Origin: Candidatus Moanibacter sp.
Lineage (GTDB): Bacteria > Verrucomicrobiota > Verrucomicrobiia > Opitutales > UBA2987
Reading direction: 5' to 3'
Length of the DNA stretch: 25,117 bases
Assembly: GCA_965215885.1 (NCBI GenBank)
Contig: CBDCEW010000017.1
Coordinates: 1-25,117 of the forward strand
Shown here one piece after another: positions 8,054 through 16,952 of this stretch. The position numbers were made by a program, and so were the translations under genes. The first letter of the stretch is position 1. Each line of letters opens with the position of its first letter. The notes under the pieces were generated by a model. That model saw nothing but the letters and a program-made list of their open reading frames with translations. It was not told the DNA's origin and did not search any database.

Positions 8054-9742
8054 TCATGCTTCTTCACCGAACTTGGAGAAGCGCATGATTTCGTTAAGGG
8101 AGGTTCTTCCCAGTTTGACCTGGTTCCAGCCGGACTGCTGAAGGGTGACCATATTCTGCTGAATGGCGCGTTGACGGATTTGCCGGGCAGAAGTTTTCTG
8201 AATAATCATCTCATGGATATCGTCGTTCAAGGAGAGAATTTCGAAGAGGCCGACGCGACCGCGGAAGCCGAGATTGCGGCACTTTTCGCATCCGACCGGG
8301 CGGTGGATGGAGTGTGCCAGCTCCTCCGGCACGGGATCGACTTCAAGGGCTCGGAGGCACTGCTGCAAAGAGACGGGATTACTCTCTTCGAGTTGCATAC
8401 AGGATGGGCATAGACGGCGCACGAGCCGCTGAGCTATGATGAGCTCAATGGCTGAAGCGACGAGGAAGGGCTCGATACCCATATCGACGAGGCGGGTAAG
8501 AGCGCCCGGAGCGTCGTTGGTATGGAGGGTGCTGAAGACGAGGTGACCGGTGAGAGCGGCATGAATGGCGATGTCGGCGGTTTCGCGGTCACGGATCTCA
8601 CCGACCATGATGATATCGGGATCCTGGCGCAGGATGTGGCGCAAGGCTGCGGCAAAGTTGTAGCCGATCTCGTGGCGCACCTGGGTCTGATTAACCCCGG
8701 GAACTTCGTACTCGACCGGGTCTTCGACGGTAATAATGCGTTTGCCTGGCGTATTGATGTGGCGTATAAAGGCGGTCAACGAAGTCGATTTGCCGGAGCC
8801 GGTCGGACCGGTGACGAGGACAATCCCGTGGGGCAGATCAAGGACGCGTTTAATCTTTTCCTGGTCTTCCTCTAAGAGGCCGAGTTCCTGGAAACCGAGA
8901 ATCTGACTTTTCTGATTGAGAAGGCGCAGGCTGACGCTCTCTCCATACATAGTGGGCATTGTGGAAATACGGATGTCGAGCTCGCTGGAACCGGAACGAT
9001 AGTCGATGCGTCCGTCCTGCGGGCGCCGCTTTTCCGAGATATTGAGCTTCGCCATGATCTTGAGGCGTGAGATGATCGCGCCCTGGAACTGAATGAGATT
9101 TTCGGGAAGACGGATAGGGACCAGTTCACCGTCGATACGGTAACGTATCTGGAGGGATTCCTTGAGCGGTTCGAAATGAATATCGGTGGCACGGTCATCG
9201 ACCGCCTTTTGAATGACTTCATTGACAAAGCGGATGAGGGCGGCGTTTTCATCCTCGCTATCCTCGATATCGCGACCGGTGTTGTCGGTATCGGCGACAA
9301 TAGAATCGCCCAGGCTGTCGGAACCGACTCCAAAGTTCTGCGTGATGCAATTTGTGACAGCCTTTGCGGGCCCCAGGTACCAGATCGGGCGCTTACCGCT
9401 AACGGCGTAGATCCACTCATCCATCCCCTCTTCAGGAGGCCAGAGCGTGATCAGGTTGAGGTCCTCATCAGCGCCATTTTGAAAGGGCAGGCATTGGTAT
9501 TCGTGAATGAGGCGGAGCGGGATCTTTTCGGTGGCATCAGGGACGAGTTCAAACTCTTCGAGGACCTCCAGGTTACAGGCCATGCCGATTTTCCTGATGG
9601 TATCGATTTCGGGGGCGCGGGTAAACTGCGCGAGGAGGGGAAGGCGGTCCTGCCGTTGCGCCTCCAGGAGCATCGCTCTCTGATCATCGTCGAGATTCAC
9701 AACGAGATCGACAAGGGGGGTGTTGGTGAGATCGGTTACCAT
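8054..9742 (-). CDS. gspE: Type II secretion system ATPase GspE/PulE
   Basis: 562 aa. Walker [10 protein letters not shown], Asp box TVEDPVE, Walker B region [15 protein letters not shown], His box [13 protein letters not shown], tetracysteine CPSC...CEKC. Confidence 0.97.
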   Translation of the reverse strand: MVTDLTNTPLVDLVVNLDDDQRAMLLEAQRQDRLPLLAQFTRAPEIDTIRKIGMACNLEVLEEFELVPDATEKIPLRLIHEYQCLPFQNGADEDLNLITLWPPEEGMDEWIYAVSGKRPIWYLGPAKAVTNCITQNFGVGSDSLGDSIVADTDNTGRDIEDSEDENAALIRFVNEVIQKAVDDRATDIHFEPLKESLQIRYRIDGELVPIRLPENLIQFQGAIISRLKIMAKLNISEKRRPQDGRIDYRSGSSELDIRISTMPTMYGESVSLRLLNQKSQILGFQELGLLEEDQEKIKRVLDLPHGIVLVTGPTGSGKSTSLTAFIRHINTPGKRIITVEDPVEYEVPGVNQTQVRHEIGYNFAAALRHILRQDPDIIMVGEIRDRETADIAIHAALTGHLVFSTLHTNDAPGALTRLVDMGIEPFLVASAIELIIAQRLVRRLCPSCMQLEESNPVSLQQCLRALEVDPVPEELAHSIHRPVGCEKCRNLGFRGRVGLFEILSLNDDIHEMIIQKTSARQIRQRAIQQNMVTLQQSGWNQVKLGRTSLNEIMRFSKFGEEA

Positions 9743-9753
9743 TTGAGAAAGAA

Positions 9754-9964
9754 GTCGGAGGTCGAAAGTCGAATGTCAAAAGTCGGAGGTCAGAAGTCAG
9801 AGGTCAGTGGCAGAGTTGAACAGTTGAACAGAAAGAGAATTTACAGAAGGAAACGAAGAGAACGAAGATGATTGAGAAGTGTCGAAGAGAGGGAGTGGTC
9901 AGTGGTTGGTGTTGGCTATTTTATAGCATTCAGATGCGGGATGCGAGGAAAGTGAACAGTGAAT
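9754..9964. repeat. Tandem-repeat mosaic upstream of gspE
   Basis: Eight GTC-led heptamers (GTCGGAG GTCGAAA GTCGAAT GTCAAAA GTCGGAG GTCAGAA GTCAGAG GTCAGTG, 9754-9809); AGTTGAAC x2 (9814-9829); 32-nt block 9840-9871 matching 7493-7524 at 31/32; AGTGAAY x2 (9951-9964). Confidence 0.8.
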
Positions 9965-10022
9965 GGATAGTGGCGTCGATTAGGTTATGAAAATGGATAA
10001 GAGATGCAAGATGTGGGAAGGG

Positions 10023-10754
10023 TCACTTTCGCTGGGCGGCTTTTTCTCGGGCTTTGTTGGTGAGATCCTTAATGAGCTGGTCGGCATTCTCGGGAGTGAC
10101 GCGGGTCTTTTGCGAACGCGTTTGTCGGCTAGCTGCGTTACTATTGCTACCGCCTTCACGGTTGGGAACAATTACGCGACGGCGAACGACGGGCTGACGG
10201 CCGGATCTACGGTTACTCGCCCGGTTACCCGTATTGCGGCCTCCCGCAACGTTTCGGGCATTTCTATTCCCCGGATTTCCCGTTGTCGCCAATTGCACGG
10301 GTAGCGGTTTGTTATCACGCTCTTTTAAGAAGATCTCCTCGGTCTCGCCATCCAGGTTAAGCTGGACGCTGGTGGTGGCTTCGTCGAATCTCAAGACTCT
10401 GTATTCGGCGCCGGGGTCATTGAGGCGCACCCATTCGCCCATCTGGTCTTTTTTGTTATAGATGTTAAAGTGGTATTCGCCACCGAGGGAGTAGACGCCT
10501 CGAAATTCTAGATCCCGGGTGGCGACGCTCTGCTGCTTAGACTGAGTCTTCTTTTCGCCTGAGGAGGCATTAAATCCTTCCGGAATAAAGGGAGAGTTAT
10601 CGACGAGGTTGCTGGCGGTGAGGGGGAGGGAGAGGAGGAAGAGAAGGATGAAGGATGAAGGATAACGGATGAAGGCGGAAGGATGTAGGATGGAGGCGGA
10701 GCGCGGAAAGATCTGCCAACGGGGTGAGGGAAGGGACTCAGGAAATAGCTTCAT
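10023..10754 (-). CDS. Hypothetical exported protein in T2SS cluster, possibly GspC-like (HR-domain-like)
   Basis: 243 aa from ATG 10754, just downstream of the gspD stop. Hydrophobic FILLFLLSLPLTAS, then SPFIP, a beta-rich LEFRGVYSLGGEYHFNIY...WVRLND...YRVLRFD...VQLNLDGETEEIFL segment, and a low-complexity basic tail. Position between gspD and gspE with no other gspC candidate. Confidence 0.6.
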   Translation of the reverse strand: MKLFPESLPSPRWQIFPRSASILHPSAFIRYPSSFILLFLLSLPLTASNLVDNSPFIPEGFNASSGEKKTQSKQQSVATRDLEFRGVYSLGGEYHFNIYNKKDQMGEWVRLNDPGAEYRVLRFDEATTSVQLNLDGETEEIFLKERDNKPLPVQLATTGNPGNRNARNVAGGRNTGNRASNRRSGRQPVVRRRVIVPNREGGSNSNAASRQTRSQKTRVTPENADQLIKDLTNKAREKAAQRK

Positions 10755-10773
10755 TGTTGATACGGCCAGTACT

Positions 10774-12840
10774 TCAGGTAGATTTCTTCCTTTTAGATTT
10801 CCCACGGGTGTCTTCTCCGAAAGTTCCGGATTCCCGAAAATCTTCGAGCTTTTCTTTGGTCCGGAGTTTCTCGATCTCCCGCTCGGCGTCACGATTCGCG
10901 TCAGCCGTCTGGGTAATAACGTGAGGTTCGATAAACATAAGCAGTTCCCGTTTCGTTTCCTCAACAGTCTTTGAACCGAAGAGTCCTCCTAATACGGGTA
11001 TGCTTCCGAAAAACCAAAGCCGGCTCTTACCCTCCGTCTCATTAATCTCCTGGAGGCCGCCGAGGACAATGAGCTGCCCATCCGCCACACTTACAAAGGA
11101 GGTTGCCTGACGCACACCGATAATGGGCTGATCATTGCCATCGATGGTCACCGAGCTGACAACGCTCTCGACCTTCTGATCGATCTCCAATTGGACGATA
11201 CCGTTAGCGCCGATAAGCGGCTTTACTTTGAGCTCAATCCCGATATCGCGAAACTGGACATTGGAACGTATGGAAGTTCCCAGAGTGCTGTCGGACTGCG
11301 TGGCGGTGATTACGGGGCGGGATTCGCCGACGTTGATGGTTGCTTCCTGATTGTGAGTGGTAACGATGGTAGGCGCGGAAAGGACGGTGACTTCGGAACT
11401 TCTGCGCGCCGCATCGATCACGGCACTGATGGAAAAGTCCTTAACGGAGCCGGAGAAGGAAAAGCCGGAGGGAACGCGGCTCGTGCCCGGAGCGGTAATA
11501 CCGAAGTTTATCTCGCTGGCATTCAATAAGTTAAAGTCGGCATTGAAGGCATCGATACCGCGCAGCCGGTCTTTTGTCAGCGTAACCTCGGCGATAATTA
11601 CCTCGATGCGCACCTGGGCGAGGAGAATGTCGATTTTATCGACGATTTCCTTGAGATAGACGAGATCGCTGGGGGTTCCGTAAGCGACGATGGAGTTACC
11701 CCTGGGGTCGGCAACGATTCTTACAAAATCGCTGAATTGAAGATTCTCGCCCCCCGAAGCGGCGAGCAGTTCGGACCTGGTGGAGGTGGCGGGCGTCGGT
11801 TGCGGGGGCGTTTGGCCCTGAGGCTGAGAGCGCGCTTCCTGCTGGCGAGTTCCCTGACCGCGCTGGGCGGAACGCTCATCTCTTGCCTGCTGTTGACCGG
11901 TGATTACCTGTTCGATCAGATTTGTGACTTCCGTGGCATCTGCGTGTTTGAGGAAAAAGACTTCGGTCTGAGTAAGCGGTGCGACATCAACATCCAGTTT
12001 TTCAATAAAATCGGAGATTATCTGGTTATTGCTGGGATGAGTAAAAACGATCAGTTGGTTGGTGCGGTCGTCACCTACGAAAGTGGTATTGTTTTCCAGG
12101 TATCTTTTCAGACTTCCGCTCTGCAATCCTTCGAATCGCTTCGTTATTTCGGAAGCAGCAACATGTTTGAGGGGGAAAAAGAGGATTTCCACATCGACTT
12201 CGGGGGGCTGATCGATCCTTTCGAGGATTCGCTCGACACGCTGAAGATTTACGAGAGCGTCAGTAATCATTAAGGAATTCGATTTAAAGAATTCAACCGG
12301 GGCGCCCTGAGTCAGAAGGGGCTGGAGAAGCGGAACCGCTTCTGTAGTGGAGAGGTAGGTGAGACGGAAAAATTTCGCGTAAATCTTTTGGCTGGGTGTC
12401 GCCTCAAGAGTGGATTCCTCAATCATAACGGGAACCTGGGTACCGATGGCAGCGGCGGGAACGGCCTTGAGGAACTTCTCTCCCAGATCGGTGATGGCGA
12501 TTCCGTTTAAGCTGAGAAGACTTTCGAGGGCGAGAACAGCCTCCCATTTCTTCATTGGGCCCTGGCTGGAGAAGTTTATCTTTACAGCGGGGAGGTTTTG
12601 CTGACGAAGGACGGGACGTCCGGTAAAGCGTTCCAACATATCGAGCACTTCGTTGGCCCCCATATCGCTTATTCGTATGATACCGACAGTAACTTCCGGA
12701 TCGGGAATCTGGTTGTACTGGCCGTGGAGGGGGTTGCCGACACTAAGAAGAAGCAAACCGGCGAGCGCCGACAGGAATGGTGCCCTCCTACGCCAAGGCT
12801 TGGGAGGGTCTCCGCTTTCGCTACGAGAAAATTGGGTCAT
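10774..12840 (-). CDS. gspD: Type II secretion system secretin GspD
   Basis: 688 aa from ATG 12840 (ORF track extends into gspM). Signal peptide, N0 and repeated N domains (FFRLTY, FFPLKH, FFLKHADA), secretin core QVRIEVIIAEV, VLSAPTIVT, DIGIELKVKP, LIVLGGL, GSIPVLGGLF, RELLMFIEP. Confidence 0.95.
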   Translation of the reverse strand: MTQFSRSESGDPPKPWRRRAPFLSALAGLLLLSVGNPLHGQYNQIPDPEVTVGIIRISDMGANEVLDMLERFTGRPVLRQQNLPAVKINFSSQGPMKKWEAVLALESLLSLNGIAITDLGEKFLKAVPAAAIGTQVPVMIEESTLEATPSQKIYAKFFRLTYLSTTEAVPLLQPLLTQGAPVEFFKSNSLMITDALVNLQRVERILERIDQPPEVDVEILFFPLKHVAASEITKRFEGLQSGSLKRYLENNTTFVGDDRTNQLIVFTHPSNNQIISDFIEKLDVDVAPLTQTEVFFLKHADATEVTNLIEQVITGQQQARDERSAQRGQGTRQQEARSQPQGQTPPQPTPATSTRSELLAASGGENLQFSDFVRIVADPRGNSIVAYGTPSDLVYLKEIVDKIDILLAQVRIEVIIAEVTLTKDRLRGIDAFNADFNLLNASEINFGITAPGTSRVPSGFSFSGSVKDFSISAVIDAARRSSEVTVLSAPTIVTTHNQEATINVGESRPVITATQSDSTLGTSIRSNVQFRDIGIELKVKPLIGANGIVQLEIDQKVESVVSSVTIDGNDQPIIGVRQATSFVSVADGQLIVLGGLQEINETEGKSRLWFFGSIPVLGGLFGSKTVEETKRELLMFIEPHVITQTADANRDAEREIEKLRTKEKLEDFRESGTFGEDTRGKSKRKKST

Positions 12841-12844
12841 GGCA

Positions 12845-13378
12845 CTAGAGCGTTTTATCTTTGAGTTCAAAAGAAGAAACAACGAATTGCGCATCGAGGA
12901 AGCGGGGATCGCCCTTATTGGCGATGATCTGCACGCGTTCAAGACCGAGATAGGGCGACTCTTTTTTCACTTTTTCATCAAAAACAATGAGATCCGCTAA
13001 GCCCGCCTTTTTGAACTGAATACGTACTGTATGCACATCGAAGATATCACCAGTTTTGGTGGTGGGCGAATTGATGTCAAAATTCATGTTCGTATCGCGC
13101 GCGATGGTATCGAGTTTTCCAACGAGCTGAGAGCTGGCATATGTCTTTCGGGGATCAACTAAATCGAGTGCCTTGTTCAAGCGCGTCTCGGTCTCTTCCC
13201 TTTTCTCCAACCACAGACTCTGAGTTTCCATTTCGGTGGTTACTTTGGTGAAAGCAACTTTCGTCTCACGAAAACTCCGCGATGCGGTTCCGACCCAAAT
13301 GGCGATACAGAGCCACAGAAAAGCGGCGAGAAGCGCGCGCTCTCTCAAAGACATAGCGCTAAGAAGGTTTCTCAACAT
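12845..13378 (-). CDS. gspM: GspM/PilO-like T2SS inner-membrane protein
   Basis: 177 aa from ATG 13378. SLRERALLAAFLWLCIAIWV (the S.RER + TM hallmark of GspM), coiled coil, alpha/beta C-terminus. Located between the gspL-like gene and gspD. Confidence 0.75.
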   Translation of the reverse strand: MLRNLLSAMSLRERALLAAFLWLCIAIWVGTASRSFRETKVAFTKVTTEMETQSLWLEKREETETRLNKALDLVDPRKTYASSQLVGKLDTIARDTNMNFDINSPTTKTGDIFDVHTVRIQFKKAGLADLIVFDEKVKKESPYLGLERVQIIANKGDPRFLDAQFVVSSFELKDKTL

Positions 13379-13391
13379 TTTAACATGGGTT

Positions 13392-14600
13392 TCACTGGTC
13401 GCTCTCCACTCTTGCGAGGACTTCACTGGATTCAATTTCGGCATCCTGGAAGGTGACGGTAAGGGTGAAAGGGGCCTTCCCCTGGCGAGATGCTACTCGC
13501 GTCCGGACGGAAGCGATCTTGGGAGATTGATTCAGACGATCGGTATAGCGATTAACGGTTTCGACATTAGATCCGATTCCCTCGATACGAAGCTCGTTAA
13601 AAGAATCGGCATGGGCTTTGGTAAAATAGACATCACTGGGCCGCTCGATATTCATAGTCTCGAGCATTTCAAAGAGCTTGAGTTCCTGCTGGGCAAACTG
13701 CTCAATTCGCTGGAGCAGATTGTCCCTCTCTTCAATCATAAGGACGTCAGTGGTCTGATTTTCCACGGTGCGCTCTTTAGTCTTTATCCAGATACCCGTG
13801 GCGAAGTAGCCGATCTGCAGGAAGAGGAGGAGGGCGGCGGCGATACCGGCGACTACGGTTGCCTTCCATAATTTCTGAGTAAGACCCTCTTCCTTTCGCT
13901 CTTTTGTGATGAATGCGCCGGAACGAATGTCGGCATCCCACAGAAGAGATTCGCCTATATTAAGGGATTCCGAGTATGGTTCCGATTCAGAGTCAAAACG
14001 CACCTCTTTGCCGTGACAGTCGATCGAACCGTCTGACTCGACTCTCAGTTCCTCCGTGAGCCAGATTTGCTTTTCCACTTCATAGTGTGAAGTGTCGATG
14101 GAATCAATGAGGGCCACATGTCCACTCTTCAGGGCCTCGCCATCCGCGTTTTCCACACCGAGAGAAATCGAGTGTATACCGTTGGGTACCGGACAGCCGG
14201 CCTCGAGTGTTACGATGGAGAGAGTCGTGCCATGGGCGACAGATACCGCCGTGGGTGTTGTAGCGGAACGATTTAAGGCGGTGATGAAGCTGGGATAAAC
14301 GTGATGGAACTTATCGAGGTCATCATAGCCTGCCCTTCTCAATCGTTCGAGATACGCCGCATAGAGAAGGATCTTCGTGGAACCGGGTTTGTGAAGATAC
14401 CCCCAACCTAATTGCGCTATGGGAAAGGGGGAGAGATCCTCGAGAGAGAATTCAGCAAACCGGGCAATGTCCTCCTCATTGATTCCCTCGGGGAGATCGA
14501 GTGATTTGGAAAAAAAGTACTCCCCTGGTACAAGCAGCACAGTGCGTGTGGGAAGCTTCTGCTTCACGCGCTCTTCCAGCTTTTCCAATGCTTTAATCAT
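13392..14600 (-). CDS. gspL: GspL/PilM-PilN-like T2SS protein
   Basis: 402 aa. Cytoplasmic N-region (VLLVPGEYFF..LEDLSPFP), single TM (VVAGIAAALLLFLQIGYFA), PilN-like periplasmic region (RPSDVYFT..LRIEG..VNRY...L). Canonical position after gspK. Confidence 0.7.
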   Translation of the reverse strand: MIKALEKLEERVKQKLPTRTVLLVPGEYFFSKSLDLPEGINEEDIARFAEFSLEDLSPFPIAQLGWGYLHKPGSTKILLYAAYLERLRRAGYDDLDKFHHVYPSFITALNRSATTPTAVSVAHGTTLSIVTLEAGCPVPNGIHSISLGVENADGEALKSGHVALIDSIDTSHYEVEKQIWLTEELRVESDGSIDCHGKEVRFDSESEPYSESLNIGESLLWDADIRSGAFITKERKEEGLTQKLWKATVVAGIAAALLLFLQIGYFATGIWIKTKERTVENQTTDVLMIEERDNLLQRIEQFAQQELKLFEMLETMNIERPSDVYFTKAHADSFNELRIEGIGSNVETVNRYTDRLNQSPKIASVRTRVASRQGKAPFTLTVTFQDAEIESSEVLARVESDQ

Positions 14601-14622
14601 AAAGAATTGAGTGACCTTCTAC

Positions 14623-14708
14623 TCCCGCTAAGCGGGATTCGGAGGACGTAAAAGCCTCCCACTTCGCTCCCGCTGAGCGTGACTTCGAGGAACGAGTCGG
14701 AGGACGTA
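14623..14708. repeat. Two tandem REP-like units upstream of gspL
   Basis: TCCCGCTAAGCGGGA (14623-14637) and TCCCGCTGAGCGTGA (14668-14682), each followed downstream by TCGGAGGACGTA. Confidence 0.7.
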
Positions 14709-14940
14709 TGAGTGTTAAGTTGAAAATGCTGATATGCCTTATTTGTTACTGACCTAAAAACTGGTTACGGCTCCCATGCGCCGGTATTCCCATCGACCGG
14801 CCGCGACGGATTTCAGAAGAAGCAACACTCTTCCACAATATGCTATAAGACTATAGTTACGAGACATTAATAGCACTCCTGGCGTTCCGCTGTCGATCAT
14901 ATTTTAGCTATTCGGTAATTGGATGACATGGGTGAATGAG

Positions 14941-16029
14941 TCATATTTTGTAATTTTCCGTTATGCGGATGATCTCGAAGGGGTAGCCGAGGGAGGCGCC
15001 CACATCTTTCTGTGGAGCGGTACGGCCACGCCTGGGAATCTCCCTCCCGACTGGCGCGTCTTCGTCCTGTGATCCGACGTTGGCGCTTGGATTGGATCCG
15101 GTCCACGATACTATAGTTGAAAGGAGAAAACTCCCTTCGCCCCTTTCCACGGAGACAATGACCTTTAATACCTGGGATTGAAGGCCAACCATACTGCCTC
15201 TTGATTGAACGCCGGCAGGAAAGTAGGGGTCGGAGCGCGAGCTGATGAGCCGATCATCTCCCGTTCCACGCTCTCCGTCTTCTCCGTTCAGGTATTCGTA
15301 GAGAACCTGCGTGTCGTAGCCTTCGACGCGAGAAATAACTGCGAGAACGAGGCTGTTTGCCGAATTCAAATTTACCGGTGAATCGTGGTTGAGCGAAATG
15401 GCGCTCTTAAATCTGAAAAAATTTGAGTTTGGCAGTCCGGACTCATCGAAAAAAATAACATCGAAGTGTCGAATGAGCCTGAGTTCCTCCCAACTCTGGA
15501 TGAATCCGTCCGCCGATTTGTGGGGTACATCGAGATTCTCATAATAGTCGCTCTCTGCTCCATTGAGCCGCGTTAGATCATCCGTGTCGATCCAGTCGAG
15601 CAGCGAATCGGTCAGAATCTCCGCGTCGGAGAAATCAATATCGAGTTCTTCGAAGAGGATGTTGAGTATGAGAATATCCGCTCGCCGCAGGGAGATTTTC
15701 GATGTTTCGTCCCTGATAGTGATATTGGCTTTGATATCAGGCGGAAGCTCCAATTGTGCGTAGTCTAAGGGATTACCCCAGCCCTGCACGGGCGAATATA
15801 AAGCGCGGTCGATTTCGCGAACTTCGTCGATGACCGCGAGTGTAGTCTCCAAGACGGAATAGGCCTCAATCCGCAGGTCGTCGCGGTTATAGAAGAGCCC
15901 GTAGTATTTGATCTTGGCTGTGGCTTCTTCCATGAATTCGAGGATTACGAAAGCGACAAGTGCAAGAAGGACCAGTACCCCTAAAAGGATGCCTCCGCAG
16001 CGTCTTGTCCCTCGTGCGGGAGCCTGCAT
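14941..16029 (-). CDS. gspK: Type II secretion system minor pseudopilin GspK
   Basis: G|ILLGVLVLLALV hydrophobic N-terminus lacking Glu5 (GspK trait), IRDETSKISL, DSLLDWIDTDD..GAESDYY, EELRLI, VNLNSA motifs. Start uncertain: ATG 16029 or ATG 16110. Confidence 0.9.
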   Translation of the reverse strand: MQAPARGTRRCGGILLGVLVLLALVAFVILEFMEEATAKIKYYGLFYNRDDLRIEAYSVLETTLAVIDEVREIDRALYSPVQGWGNPLDYAQLELPPDIKANITIRDETSKISLRRADILILNILFEELDIDFSDAEILTDSLLDWIDTDDLTRLNGAESDYYENLDVPHKSADGFIQSWEELRLIRHFDVIFFDESGLPNSNFFRFKSAISLNHDSPVNLNSANSLVLAVISRVEGYDTQVLYEYLNGEDGERGTGDDRLISSRSDPYFPAGVQSRGSMVGLQSQVLKVIVSVERGEGSFLLSTIVSWTGSNPSANVGSQDEDAPVGREIPRRGRTAPQKDVGASLGYPFEIIRITENYKI

Positions 16030-16093
16030 ATCCCGCTTTCGAGAGGCGTGAAAATCATCGCCCCGTAACCCCCATGGACATGGAATATTCACG

Positions 16094-16801
16094 TTAGTAG
16101 ATGGGGACATTCTGGCCACGTTTGGGGAGATAGATTGGAACCTCCCGAACCTCATCGTCGTATTCAAACTGAAGTTTGATAAAGTCGGGCAGGATGAATT
16201 GGCTGTCCTGATCCTCTTGAGGTTCTTCGTAGACACTCCATTGTTCGCTCTCCTCGTCGTAGTAGCAATAGCTAAGTTTTGTTACAAAAGGAGACACGCC
16301 GGTTCGCCGGACATCATCGATATCTTCAACTTCATAGAGCCTTGAATACCACAAGAGAAATAGGCCTTCTTCTTCAGTGAAATAGAGGTGCCCGGTGATG
16401 CCGGGAAAGACAATGTCATCCCAGGCGAGAAGAGGGGGAGACTCCCTTAGCCGAAAAGTGAGAAGTGGATCCTCAAATTCGTTGTATCCGGGTGGGCGCT
16501 CCCAGACCACCGGATCGGCACCCTCGTCGTCAAAACCTTCCGATTGAGAGAGGGACGAACTCAGAAAGAGTGTGACACCATCGACATGTTGATTAAAAAA
16601 ATCGGCATCTCCCCGATTCAACCAGATATTCGCCAGGGAGACTACGTAAATCGAAACTGAGGTCAGGAGAATTCCTCCCAGAGCAAGGGCTAGTAGTACT
16701 TCTAAGAGGGTAAACCCCGATGTCTCAATCGCCTTCGAAAGGGCGGGAAGTATGTATTTCTTATTCAACGAGGTTTTGAAATTTTCACAGCAAATGGCCA
16801 T
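16094..16801 (-). CDS. gspJ: Type II secretion system minor pseudopilin GspJ-like
   Basis: 235 aa. Prepilin motif SG|FTLLEVLLALALGG, C-terminal LPDFIKLQF. Order G-H-I-J-K. Confidence 0.85.
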   Translation of the reverse strand: MAICCENFKTSLNKKYILPALSKAIETSGFTLLEVLLALALGGILLTSVSIYVVSLANIWLNRGDADFFNQHVDGVTLFLSSSLSQSEGFDDEGADPVVWERPPGYNEFEDPLLTFRLRESPPLLAWDDIVFPGITGHLYFTEEEGLFLLWYSRLYEVEDIDDVRRTGVSPFVTKLSYCYYDEESEQWSVYEEPQEDQDSQFILPDFIKLQFEYDDEVREVPIYLPKRGQNVPIY

Positions 16802-16822
16802 ATGGGAGGGCCCTTTCGAAGG
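16708..16822. repeat. 115-bp direct repeat, copy A (gspJ start and leader)
   Basis: 110/115 identical to 16953-17067. Internal 14-bp inverted repeat GCCTTCGAAAGGGC (16731-16744) / GCCCTTTCGAAGGC (16810-16823). Confidence 0.95.
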
Positions 16823-16853
16823 CTAAAATCGACAAGCGCGAATAGCTGTGTTC

Positions 16854-16912
16854 CAGACTGGAAACCGCACGGTTACGTAGGTTACTACGCGCCCGCGCGG
16901 ATTTCCAGTCTG
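16854..16912. repeat. Long REP-like hairpin between the two 115-bp repeats
   Basis: CAGACTGGAAA-CCGCACGG ... CCGCGCGG-A-TTTCCAGTCTG arms with inner CGTAG-gtta-CTACG stem. Confidence 0.75.
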
Positions 16913-16952
16913 CGCCTTGCTCTTCATCAATTCTCGATTTTTTGAACCATCG

